Both the position numbers and the translations under genes were made by a program. Below the pieces are notes generated by a model that searched no databases, was not told the DNA's origin, and saw nothing but the letters and a program-made list of their open reading frames with translations. From Callorhinchus milii (taxonomy: Eukaryota), in the NCBI RefSeq assembly GCF_018977255.1, contig NW_024705601.1:1-32205 (forward strand): a DNA stretch of 32,205 nt. Reading direction: 5' to 3'. Shown in pieces: positions 21,655 through 32,205 of this stretch (position 1 is the stretch's first letter; each line of letters begins with the position of its first letter).

Positions 21655-21820
21655 CGCCCCCTGACTGCCCCACTGCCCCTCTGCTAAGCTGCTCCGCTGT
21701 CCTGCTGCCCCAATGCCCTCTGCCCCACTGCCTCAATGCCCCTATGCTCCGCTGGTCCACTGCGCTGGTGCTACTCTGCCCTAATGCCCCGCTGTTCCAT
21801 TGCCCCACTTTCCCACTGCC
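21655..21820. repeat. Degenerate (CTGCCCNN)-type low-complexity repeat
   Basis: Recurrent CTGCCC/ATGCCC/CTGCTC at about 8-bp spacing. Confidence 0.6.
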
Positions 21821-22019
21821 ATCACATCCATCACGAAGCAGCGAGACGTCCACACCACCTCATTAAATATTACCCTGATGTGCACCTAGAGAGCGAGACC
21901 CTCGTTAAACATTAAATACTGGAGGGGGCTGCTGTGATGCAATGGCTCGTAAAATTCACTGGCAATAGAGAGATTGCTGGTTCCACCTTCTGGCCCAGCA
22001 GTTGAAACAAATGGTCGAG

Positions 22020-22147
22020 TACTAATAGGGTTTTTCCCCTTTTTTCTGGCAACAAAACTGACACCTTTTGCAAGGCATCATGCTTACATTAACCACAATA
22101 CTTGCAGTCAAATGTTGCCAGAAAAAAGGGGAAAACCCCTATTAGTA
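22020..22147. mobile_element. MITE-like inverted repeat (35-bp arms)
   Basis: 22020-22054 and 22113-22147 are reverse complements with one mismatch. Both outer ends are TA. Confidence 0.55.
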
Positions 22148-22254
22148 TATTTTGGTACTGGCAAAGGAGGTCCCAAAATGGTCGAGTATCTTAAGTTCCC
22201 CTGCCTCTGTCCGCCAAACAGTACAACTGGGTACACCAAAATCGAGTGGCAAGT

Positions 22255-23718
22255 TGGGTGGGTAGGTGGTGGATGAATGAGTGCATCGGTGTGTGGGTAA
22301 TTGGATGAGTTGGTACCTGGGTAAGTGGATGGTAGGTGGTTGAATGGGTGGATGGGTAATTGAATGAGTGGGTCAGTGTGTGAATGAGTGGGTGGGTGGG
22401 TGTGTGGTAGGTGGATGGATGAGTGGGTAATTCAGTGTGTAGATTAGTGGATGTGTGAATGTGTTAATGAGTAAGTTGGTGGTTGGTGAATGATTAGGTT
22501 GGTGAGTGGGCGGGTCAGTGAGTTAGTTTAAATGAATGAGTGGTTGAATGGGTAATTAAATGAATGGGGAGGTGGATACATGATTTGGTGCTTGGGTGGG
22601 TCAGTGGGTAATTGAGCGAGTGGGGAATGAGTACGTGGGTGAGTGGATTTTTGAATGAGTGAATGGGTGAGTTCGTGAGTCTGTGTGTGAGGGGATAATT
22701 GAGTGGTTGGATGAGTGAATGGGTAAATTAGTGGATATTTGAGTGAGTGGTTGGATGGGTGAGTGGGTAAATGAGTGGTGGGTGAATGGGGAGGTGATTG
22801 GGTGAGTGGATGAGTGGGTGCGTGGGCGGGTGGGTGAGTGGATGGGTGAGTTAGTAAGTGGGCGAGTGGGTGGGTGAGTGGGTGGATACGCGGGTGGGTG
22901 AGTTAGTAGGTGGGTAAGTTAGTAGGTGGGTGAGTAGGTGGGTGAGTGGATGGGTGAGTGGATGGGTGAGTGGGTGGGTGAGCGAGTGAATGAGTCGGTG
23001 AATCATTGAATTAGTGGGTGAGTAGGTGACCGAGTGAGTACATGAGTGGGTGAGTGGGTGGGTGAGGAGGTGCGTGAGTGGGTGAGTGAGAGTGGGTGGG
23101 TGGGTGAGTGCGTGGGTAAATTAGTGGATGAATGAGTGGGTGGGTGTGGGTGGGAGAGTGAGTGGGAAAGTGAGTGAGTGGGTGGGAGGGTGAATGGGTG
23201 GGTGAGTGGGTGGGTGTGTGGTAGGTGGATGAATGAGTGGGTAATTCAGTGTGTAGATTGGTGGATGTGTGAATGTGTTAATGAGTCAGTGGGTGGTTAA
23301 GTTGGTAAATGATTAGGTGGGTGGATGAGTGAGTGGGCGGGTCAGTGAGTTAGTTTGAATGAATGAGTGGTTGAATGAGTAATTCAATGAATAGGGAGGT
23401 GGATACATGATTTCGTGCTTGGGTGGGTCAGCGGGTAATTGAGCGAGTGGGGAATGAGAACGTGGGTGAGTGGATTTTTTAATGAGTGATTGGGTGAATG
23501 GGTTCGTGAGTCTGTGTGTGAGTGTATAATTGAGTGGTTGGATGGGTGAATGGGTAAATTAGTGGATATTTGAGTGAGTGGTTGGATGGTTGAGTGGGTT
23601 AATGAGTGGGTGAATGAGTGGTGGGTGAGTGGGGAGGTGATTGGGTGGGTGAGTGGGTTCGTGGGTGGGTGGGTGAGCGGATGGGTGGGTTATTAAATCG
23701 GCGAGTGGGTGCGTGGGT
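22255..23718. repeat. G/T-rich low-complexity tract (TGGG/TGAG/TGGA/TGAA) with an internal diverged duplication
   Basis: Direct reading. Block about 22390-22800 recurs at about 23205-23645, e.g. TTCAGTGTGTAGATT at 22431 and 23245. Confidence 0.9.
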
Positions 23719-23727
23719 GGTGCACAT

Positions 23728-23798
23728 GGTGCACATGGCCTGGCACAAGCGTCGTGGTGACGTCACCGCCACTTAGTGGCGAATGGCGGTTGTTGTTG
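23728..23798 (+). mobile_element. 71-bp 3' end of the same RTE family
   Basis: Reverse complement of 17797-17867 with one mismatch, including the TTGTTGTTG tail. Preceded by a 9-bp duplication, GGTGCACAT (23719-23727). Confidence 0.9.
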
Positions 23799-23966
23799 AG
23801 TGTATAGAGGTGTTTGTAAGTGTATATAGGTGTGTGTGTATGTGTGTGTAAGTGTATAGAGGTGTGTGTGTAAGTGTATAGAGGTGTGTGTATGTGTGTA
23901 AGTGTATAGAGGTGTGTGTAGGTGTGTGTAAGTGTATAGAGGTGTGTGTGTAGGTGTGTGTAAGTG
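23799..23966. repeat. TG-rich 10-bp-unit minisatellite, left of Gypsy B
   Basis: GTGTATAGAG/GTGTGTGTAG/GTGTGTGTAA units, opposite orientation to 17706-20677. Confidence 0.9.
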
Positions 23967-24540
23967 TGTAGTACCGTTGAGGACGCTTGGACACTCGGGG
24001 TTGAGGCACACGTATTTATTCCGCACAGTGGTTACAACCGCGGTCATACAATACTAGAGGGGGTATCGGCCCCCTCACCCGGCTAGCTGGGAATACACTG
24101 CTAGCTATCTCTAACCTACCTCCTAGTCCTCCGCTAAGAGCTAGGGGAGTCTATCTGGCCCGACACTGGTGAGTCGGGCTACGGTACCCGGAGTCCCAGA
24201 GCACTAACTCTGGTTCTCGGGACCACGCCGCTGGCTCGGTCCTGCGCGGCCCTGACAAGGGCGGCGTTCCAGGGGAGTCCAGGGCTCTAGCTAGATGATC
24301 TTGGGTCTTCACGCCTTTAGCTGTAACATTCTGCCTCGAGCCCTCCGGCTCATCCCCTTTTATCCCCAACCCCCCGCTGAGGGGTGGGGCCCCCCGGGGG
24401 ATCACACTCCGGGCCAGCCCCCCAGGCTGCCTGGTGCGGACGTCGTTGCGAGCGCCTCCCCGTGTGCTCATGGAGCCCCGCCCACTGTGTTTGTTTCCCG
24501 TGTGATCCCATGTATACTGGCCCTCCGTAACACCCCTACA
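23967..24540 (-). repeat. 3' LTR of Gypsy B
   Basis: Matches 30265-30838 with two substitutions seen (24150/30448 and 24471/30769). AATAAA at 24020-24015. Confidence 0.97.
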
Positions 24541-24551
24541 TCACCCCCCCC
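24541..24551 (-). promoter_or_regulatory. Polypurine tract of Gypsy B
   Basis: Minus strand G-run then TGA directly before the 3' LTR. Confidence 0.85.
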
Positions 24552-24757
24552 TACATAGCCCGCAGCCGTCCCGGCTGCATCAATCAACAATAAAAGTTTT
24601 ATTTACCCTTTGACCCCGCGTGTGCCTCACAATTATTGAACCATAACGCAACGAGAACAACAACAATAACCAGAAAAGCCAGAAGGGAAAACAACCCAAC
24701 GCACCCCACCCCCGAATAAATACGAATACCGTAAAACCAACGTATATACAATGTCCA

Positions 24758-24885
24758 GGGAACCCCAGCACACACACAACACACCAGGAACACAACATAT
24801 GTACAATCCAATGTGCCAGGTGGGAACCCCAGCACACACACAACACACCAGGAACACAACATACGTACGATCCAATGTGCCAGGA
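24758..24885. repeat. Two tandem 64-bp units (plus degenerate flanks) in the 3' UTR of Gypsy B
   Basis: GGGAACCCCAGCACACACACAACACACCAGGAACACAACATA at 24758 and 24822. Confidence 0.85.
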
Positions 24886-24947
24886 ACACGCCACCGACGC
24901 AGCACACAGTGAATATGACACGGAAAAAAAAAATTTTTTTTTTTTCA

Positions 24948-27900
24948 TCACAAGAGTCTGCGCATTCTTGCGCGCGTCCTTGCCGCTGGCCCGTCACACG
25001 GGGCAACCCCGGATGGCGGCCCGTCGGGTGGCAACTGTCCATTTCCGGGTGGGTCTGTTCTCGATGTCGCGAGACCCTCGGCATCCCCCGTCGGGGTTGT
25101 CGGGCGTGAGCCCGTCATTCCTGGTGCACCTGGGGGCGGGACAGCCGGCAACACGTCAGGTGAGAGCAGCGGAGACGGACCCTTTGAGTCGGTCGACCCC
25201 CCACATGTTTGGCCACGCGTGTGTGGAGTGGGATCTCGCGCCGCAACGAAGGGTTTCAGTCTGGAGGGGTGTACAAACCACCGGCGCTTCCCCCATTTGA
25301 TGCGCACGCACTGAGGGCGCACAACCTCAACCACCTCGACGGGGCCCCGCCACGGCCGCACCAGTTTTGAGGAGGTCGCGAGTGGTACCTGGGGACAGTG
25401 CAGCCATGCCCTGTCTCCCGGCTTCCACTGTAGCACGTGCGCGCGACCCAGTCTGAGGCGCTCATTAGCTTTCTGACGCATGTCGGAATTTTGCATGGCC
25501 GCATCCCGCGCCTCTGTCAATTTCGCAAGGTTAAATTTAACATGGTCGGCCAATTTAGTTTTTCCCTGCGGCGCGGGGATCTGCAGCTGGGCCCGAACAG
25601 GTGGGTCAGGTTCGCGGCCATACATGAGGAAGAAGGGGGAAAATCCCGTCGCAGCATGGGGGGCCAATCTGTATGCTGCGAGGACCCCTTGAATTTGCAA
25701 GTCCCAATCGGTCTGTGAGTCCGAAACCTGCTGTGACAACATAGACGTGATGGTTCGGTGCAGACGCTCGACCATCCCGTCAGTTTGCGGGTGATAGGGA
25801 GAGGTACGAATTTTTTTCGTGCCCAGGAGCTCACAGACCTGTTGGAGCAATTTGCCGGAAAAATTTTGCCCTGGTCGGTCAGCAGCCGCTCCGGAGCACC
25901 TTTGTCCAGGACGTATCCCTGGACAAAGGCCTCCACGATGGCTGCTGCCGACTGGTTGGCCAGGGGCCAGGCCATAGGCCAGCGCGTGAAGTACTCCACC
26001 CCGGTCAACAAATATCTATTTCCCCTGGGGGTGGCGGGGAATGGGCCCAGAATATCCAGCGCGACAAGTTCGTTCACTCTGGAGACTCTGATAGACTGCA
26101 AAGGCGGGTTTGACTCCCGTGCTGGTGGTTTTCGCTGCGCACACTGAGGGCATGACCCCAACAGATCTGCGACGTCCCTCGTCATGCCCGGCCAAAAAAA
26201 ATCAAGCTGGAGCAAGGCGAGGGTCTTATGGGTCCCCAGGTGGAGGAGGCGCTCATGAGCGGCCCACACCACCTTACCCCGTAACCCCGAAGGGACCACC
26301 AGCCGGTGTCGATGGGATTTCCCGTCCCAATGCATCAGCAGACCCGTGAGCATTTCCCACGCGTCGGCATCACCCCTCCCCCGTCCAGCCTCCCCGACGC
26401 GACGACGCAACGCGAGGAGGGAGGTATCCTCCATCTGCAAGCGCCCCCATTCAGTGACAGGCAACCCCAACAGGGAATCTGATCCCTGTTGTGCGATCGA
26501 ATTCGTCATCGACGCTGCGTCGTCTGCGGCCGCCAAGACCGGAACAGATATTTCAGCCGGATGCCTGCAACGACCCGACCCCAGGAGGCATGCGCATTCG
26601 GAGGTGGTTGGCATGCGCGACAGAGCGTCCGCATTGGTGTGGCGAACGCCCTTACGGTACGTGGTTTCAAAATCAAAGTCCTGGAGAACCTCCAACCATC
26701 GAGACAATTGTCCCGATGGTTGTTGAACTCGCAGGGCGTACTGTAGTGCCGCATGATCTGTACGGACGGTGAAACGCTGACCGTACAGATATGGCCGGTA
26801 CTGTTGGATGAAATAGACAATTGCCAACAGTTCCCGACGGGTGACACAATATCGTTGCTCCGCTGGAGACAACACCCGACTGCCATACGCGACTACCCTT
26901 TCCACGCCATCAACCACCTGGGAAAGCACGCCCCCAATACCTGTGTTGCTCGCATCGGTGTCGAGCACAAAGGGTTTAGAAAAATCGGGGTAAATCAAGG
27001 GAGGGGCTTTAACCAGAGCGTCCCGAAGGGAGCTGAAAGCAGCCTCCTCCTCCTGTCCCCAATGGAAGCGGACCCCCTTTGACGTCAAAGCGTGTAGGGG
27101 TTTAGCAATTGTGGCAAAATCCGCGACAAAGCGTCGGTAATATGACGCGAACCCAATGAAACTCCTGACCTCTTCCACAGAGGTGGGAGTCGGCCAGGAG
27201 CTGACGCACTGCGTTTTGGCGGGATCGGTAGCAATACCTGAGCGTCCGACGATGTGCCCCAAATAACGCACCGATTCGCGTAACAGATGACACTTTTGGG
27301 GTTTAAATTTCAAATTAGCAGCCCGCATTTTGAGGAAAACCGCCCGCAACCTCTGGAGATGCTCGTCAAATGTTCTGCTAAAGACGATAACGTCATCCAA
27401 ATAAATTAAACACGAATCCCATTGCAATCCAGCCAAAACCAATTCCATCAATCGCTGGAAAGTCGCCGGCGCCGAGTGGAGTCCCATCGGCAACCGGTTG
27501 AATTGGAAGAGACCGTGCGGTGTACGGAATGCAGTTTTAGGCTTAGAATCATCGTCCAGAGGAAGCTGCCAGAATCCCGAAAGCAAATCCAATGTGGAGA
27601 AGAATCGCGCTCCCGCCAAGGCGTCAAGTGATTCGTCAATCCGCGGGAGCGGGTATGCGTCGGCAACGGAAATTTTGTTGAGGCGGCGAAAATCGACGCA
27701 AAACCGCAACGAGCCATCCTGTTTCTTAACCAGGACGATCGGCGCTCCCCACGGGCTGGTAGAGGGAGAAATGATGTCGGCGACTAACATGTCATCAACA
27801 GCCGATTTGACATGGTCCTTTTCGGCGGGACTTAACCGAAAGGGATTTTGGCGTATTGGCGCGCTGTCACCCGTATCAATATGGTGACGCAGCAGATGGG

Positions 27901-30235
27901 TACAGCCTAAATCGAATTTGTTCTGACTGAAAACGTCGGAAAATTCGCGCAGCAGTGTTTTAAGTTTTTGACGCTCTAAATCCGACAGGTCCGTCGATCC
28001 CGCACAAAGCGCCTCGAGCCACCCTTCATCGGTGTCCGAATGTGGATGCGGCAGAGGGACAGTGCCGACGTGATTCGCGACAGGTTCCTCACAGGGCACC
28101 GGCGTTGCGTGAGCAAGCACGGTCCCTTGAGGAACTACCACTGTCTGCGACCCCACATTGAGGACCGCGATGAAAGGGTCCCCGTCCCCTTTAACGATGG
28201 TCTGGGCCGGAATTAAATGAGGTCCGCTAACTCCGGCCCTAGATGGCCCCAGCAGAATTCCCTGGTCCCCAATGCCCTTAGCGAAGGGCCGACGAAGTTT
28301 GAGAGGCACCAACATTTGTGCCCCTGGCGGTACGCGAACCGTTTTGACGACGAACGCCGGTACTGTCGCGAACGCCGTTCGAGCCGCAGTAGGGGAAGGC
28401 AGAAACGCCATGCGTCGCCCCGACGGGAGCTCAATGCAGCCCTGGTCTATTAAAATACGAATCGGCATTTTGGCCAAGAACTCCGTCCCCAGCAGGCACG
28501 GAACCGCCAGCGAGGAGGAAACAAAAATCGGGCCGGACAATTTGATATCACCGATACAAATTTGGGCTCGAATCTGTCCAATGATGCCAAGTGAGCCCCC
28601 GTTAGCAGCATAGAATGGGACGTTAACCGGCAGTAAAGGACGGCTCTGGACAGGGAGAATATTGTAAATGAGTTCCGAAATGATGGTCGCCGATGCTCCT
28701 GTATCGACCAGGATGCGCACCTCAACCCCGTCAATGTGCCCTACCACGGCCGACGAGCCCGACGACGCAGCTACAACGCGATGGGCCAACATGGACCACT
28801 GGCTGGGTTCGATTTGTGTCCCCATAGTGGTGCGTGTTGGCCCGACGGTGCGCAATGTCGGCCCCCCGTTCGTTGCGGTGTGCGAGTGTGTGACGGGCGT
28901 GTGCATGGGCCAAACATGGGGGGTGCCGCGACTCGCCGGGTTATGTTGATGGAGCTTGGGAGGAGGAGGTCCGGTGTCCTGTCGAGGCGTCGCCCCGCGC
29001 TGCCGAGGAGAGCGGCACCCCGAGGCGACATGGCCCTGGATGCCGCAGTTGTAACAGCGCGGGAGCGCTGGCGGCGATGAGGGACGGTCGGAGCGGCTCG
29101 ACCCGTCGCGGCCCGCCCGTACACCTGCCCTCTGCTGCTGTCGATGGTCGATGGCGTAAACGTCCTCCGTCGGGAGGGCGGCTGCAGCCACCGCACGCCC
29201 GGCCGCCGTTCTGTTGGCCTTCCGTCGCTGCGACAGCAGGTTGGCGTGGAGGAGCCGCGCCGCCTGGAGGGAACCCATTTCTGTGTCCTCCTGTGCAACG
29301 ACGGCGATGTCCAGGTCGTCCGCCAGCAGGAGGATTTTTTCCGTAACCATCGCGTCCACGCCTTCGTCGTCCATGCGAGGGAAGGCCGTCTTCGCCAGCG
29401 CCAGGAGACTCGTACGATACGCGAGGGGCGACTCCTTTGCCCCCCGCTGGCGATCATAAAAGCGCTGCCTGCATTCCGCTGAAGGTCCGTAGACCGCGGC
29501 CAGCAACTGCAGCGCCATCTGAAGCGTGGAGCGTTTTTCCTTGGGCACCGATGTAAGAGCGGCGAGGGCGTCGCCGTCGAGAAGCGCCGGCAGCGCGCAG
29601 AGCGCCTCGGCATCCGACCACTGCGCCATTTCCTGGTGCGCTAGGAAGCGCCGCTGGAAGCCGCCCCAGTCGCCCTCCTCGCCCACAAACTCTTTGAGCG
29701 GGGGCAGCCGTTGGTGCAGCGCAGCGGTCGCCGTGGAAGCTCGAACTTTACTGTCCCCGTGAGTCGTCTGTGCCTCGGCGCGAACGACGGATGGCATCGC
29801 CGGTCGCACCAGTGGTGACGCTCCGTCCGCTGGTGATGACGCGGCAGCCCCTGCGAGGCCGATGTCGGACCCGAGGTTCAGGCCGGCCACGCCTTCAGCA
29901 GCTGCAGCGGCGATGGCGGGAGATTCAAAGTTGGCGTCCGTTGAAATGGCGGGAAGGCGCGCCGGTCGTCGGCTATCCTCGCCCCGTGGCGGTCCAGCAG
30001 CGCCCAGCCGTGTGATGTGTTCGAGCGTGGCGGCAGCAGCGTACAGCAGCTCCGCCAGCCTCGCGTGAGCCAGCCTCAGTCCTTCTGATGCCGGCTCCTC
30101 TTCATCCCGACGCCCAGGTAAGGATGCGTCCGGCCCCGGCTGCTCGATGCCTCCTGCAGCCGTCTCGGGCTCCACAATTTCATCGGTGTCCTCCGCCTCC
30201 GGTACCCCGGCACGAGCTGTCCGGCGCGTGTCCAT
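24948..30235 (-). CDS. Gypsy B gag-pol polyprotein (single -1 frameshift at about 25865; 1762 aa if restored)
   Basis: The 1572-aa ORF 25517-30235 plus ORF 24948-25850. Motifs CYNCGIQGHVASGC, LVDTGAS, YLDD, DTDAS, integrase HHCC/DDE and WRGP. No env or chromodomain recognised. Confidence 0.95.
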
Positions 30236-30249
30236 GTTCGTGGTCGTTC

Positions 30250-30262
30250 ACTTCTGTCACCA
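30250..30262 (-). promoter_or_regulatory. Primer binding site of Gypsy B
   Basis: TGGTGACAGAAGT lies 2 nt after the LTR CA and differs by one base from the copy A tRNA-Leu-type PBS. Confidence 0.8.
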
Positions 30263-30264
30263 GA

Positions 30265-30838
30265 TGTAGTACCGTTGAGGACGCTTGGACACTCGGGGTT
30301 GAGGCACACGTATTTATTCCGCACAGTGGTTACAACCGCGGTCATACAATACTAGAGGGGGTATCGGCCCCCTCACCCGGCTAGCTGGGAATACACTGCT
30401 AGCTATCTCTAACCTACCTCCTAGTCCTCCGCTAAGAGCTAGGGGAGGCTATCTGGCCCGACACTGGTGAGTCGGGCTACGGTACCCGGAGTCCCAGAGC
30501 ACTAACTCTGGTTCTCGGGACCACGCCGCTGGCTCGGTCCTGCGCGGCCCTGACAAGGGCGGCGTTCCAGGGGAGTCCAGGGCTCTAGCTAGATGATCTT
30601 GGGTCTTCACGCCTTTAGCTGTAACATTCTGCCTCGAGCCCTCCGGCTCATCCCCTTTTATCCCCAACCCCCCGCTGAGGGGTGGGGCCCCCCGGGGGAT
30701 CACACTCCGGGCCAGCCCCCCAGGCTGCCTGGTGCGGACGTCGTTGCGAGCGCCTCCCCGTGTGCTCACGGAGCCCCGCCCACTGTGTTTGTTTCCCGTG
30801 TGATCCCATGTATACTGGCCCTCCGTAACACCCCTACA
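30265..30838 (-). repeat. 5' LTR of Gypsy B
   Basis: Direct repeat of 23967-24540 (offset 6298). Confidence 0.97.
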
Positions 30839-31793
30839 AGTGTATAGAGGTATGTGTGTAGGTGTGTAGAGGTGTGTGTGTAAGTGTGTAGAGGTGTGTG
30901 TAGGTGTGTGTAAGTGTATAGAGGTGTGTGTGTAGGTGTGTAAGTGTGTGTAGGTGTGTGTGTGTAGGTGTGTGTAAGTGTATAGAGGTGTGTGTGTAGG
31001 CGTGTAGAGGTTTGTGTGTATGTGTGTGTAAGTGTATAGAGGTGTGTGTATGTGTGTGTAAGTGTATAGAGGTGTGTGTAGGTGTGTGTAAGTGTATAGA
31101 GGTGTGTGTAAGTGTATAGAGGTGTATGTAGGTGTGTGTAAGTGTATAGAGGTGTATGTAGGTGTGTGTAAGTGTATATAGGTGTGTGTGTATGTGTGTG
31201 TAAGTGTGTGTAAGTGTATAGAGGTGTGTGTAGGTGTGTGTAAGTGTATAGAGGTGTGTGTAGGTGTGTGTAAGTGTATAGAGGTGTGTGTATGTGTATA
31301 GAGGTGTGTGTGTAAGTGTATAAAGGTGTGTGTAGGTGTGTGTAAGTGTATAGAGGTGTGTGTAGGTTTGTGTAAGTGTATATAGGTGTGTGTGTAGGTG
31401 TATAGAGGTGTGTGTGTAAGTGTATAGAGGTGTCCTGTGTAGGTGTGTGTAGGCGTGTAGAGGTGTGTGTGTAGGTGTGTGTAAGTGTGTAGAGGTGTGT
31501 GTCGGTGTGTGTAAGTGTATAGAGGTGTGTGTGTGTAGGTGTGTAGGCGTGTAGAGGTGTGTGTGTATGCGTGTGTAAGTGTATAGAGGTGTGTGTATGT
31601 GTGTGTAAGTTTATAGAGTAGTGTGTATGTGTATAGAGGTGTGTGTGTGTAAGTGTATAAAGGTGTGTGTATGTGTGTAAGTGTATAGAGGTGTGTGTGT
31701 AGGGGTGTGTAAGTGTGTAGATGTGTGTGTGTAGGTGTGTAGAGGTGTGTGTGTGTAAGTGTATAGAGTTGTGTGTAGGTGTGTGTAAGTGTA
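30839..31793. repeat. TG-rich 10-bp-unit minisatellite, main array (often a 30-bp higher-order unit)
   Basis: For example 31061-31150: AGTGTATAGA GGTGTGTGTA GGTGTGTGTA AGTGTATAGA. Confidence 0.95.
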
Positions 31794-31877
31794 CGGAGGT
31801 GTTCGGGTGAGTAACCCTGGCAGCGCAACGCTGCTGGCGTCTCGTGCTGCCGCCTGTACCGCGCCTTGTCCACCAGA
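31794..31877 (+). repeat. Second, inverted copy of the 84-bp GC-rich segment with GTGAGT donor at 31807-31812
   Basis: Identical by eye to the reverse complement of 17621-17704. Confidence 0.9.
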
Positions 31878-31894
31878 TGATTTCTGCAAAAGGG

Positions 31895-32030
31895 CTGCTG
31901 CCATGACTGTGGAATGGTTGTCACGATTGACTTAAAATGTCGCGGTTCGATCTCCCAGCCTGGCCTTGAAAACATTGACCAGGATTCTTACAATTCCCTG
32001 TTTTTGTCCACCCACAGTCCATGGGTGGGT
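31895..32030 (+). mobile_element. Possible highly degenerate tRNA-derived SINE
   Basis: A-box-like TGTGGAATGG (31908-31917), B-box-like GGTTCGATCTC (from 31944) and a downstream GTCCACCCA motif. Weak. Confidence 0.3.
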
Positions 32031-32205
32031 CGCGTGCAGTGGGCTAAATGGCGAGTACTCCCACCTCTTTCAAGACGTATGGTCAGTGTGGAAAAGTTGG
32101 CTAAAACATACCCACCGGATCAGCACTCTAGACCTCCCTCTAGTGGGGGTTCTTTCACAAGCAGTTGCATCAGCATGTAATTACAGGACTGCACCATTAA
32201 CCTCA

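Larger units (their letters stand above)
23967..30838 (-). mobile_element. Full-length Ty3/Gypsy LTR retrotransposon, copy B (6872 bp)
   Basis: 574-bp LTRs with TGTAG...CTACA termini. 4-bp TSD AGTG at 23963-23966 and 30839-30842. PBS, PPT and gag-pol all present. Confidence 0.98.

Noticed and set aside
21873..21904. CTGATG...GCGAGAC hammerhead-like string
   Set aside because: Core boxes are wrong (CUGAUGU, no GAAA) and there are no supporting stems.
25864..25867. Programmed ribosomal frameshift in Gypsy B
   Set aside because: It lies inside the integrase core and copy A is in frame there, so a deletion or sequencing error is more likely.
30449..31975. 508-aa His/Thr-rich ORF
   Set aside because: It is the stop-free CA strand of the minisatellite running into the LTR, not a plausible gene.
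32134..32146. Second CTCF-like motif (CCACTAGAGGGAG, minus strand)
   Set aside because: Imperfect match with no supporting context.

Overview
The window has two very different parts. Positions 1-9041 look like featureless, random-like DNA: balanced composition, no long or recognisable ORF, no repeats. This part stops abruptly in the middle of an LTR, so it is probably synthetic, shuffled or artefactually joined. Positions 9042-32205 are a repeat-dense animal locus; the repeat types suggest a vertebrate such as a lamprey, which is inference only. It holds two related, young Ty3/Gypsy LTR retrotransposons on the minus strand, one of them complete with a 4-bp TSD and a single frameshift. It also holds a 5'-truncated Penelope-like element with a minimal hammerhead ribozyme, a decayed RTE-clade LINE plus a 71-bp second piece, two tRNA-derived SINEs with a Deu/Nin-like domain, a V-SINE-like remnant, a MITE-like inverted repeat and several simple repeats. 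The most unusual observation is a TG-rich 10-bp-unit minisatellite. It appears to have grown inside what reconstructs as a first coding exon for a mitochondrial-presequence-like peptide ([31 protein letters not shown], followed by a GTGAGT donor). The array then received RTE, SINE and Gypsy insertions, and part of this arrangement recurs in inverted orientation downstream. No intact host gene, rRNA, true tRNA or CRISPR array is supported.
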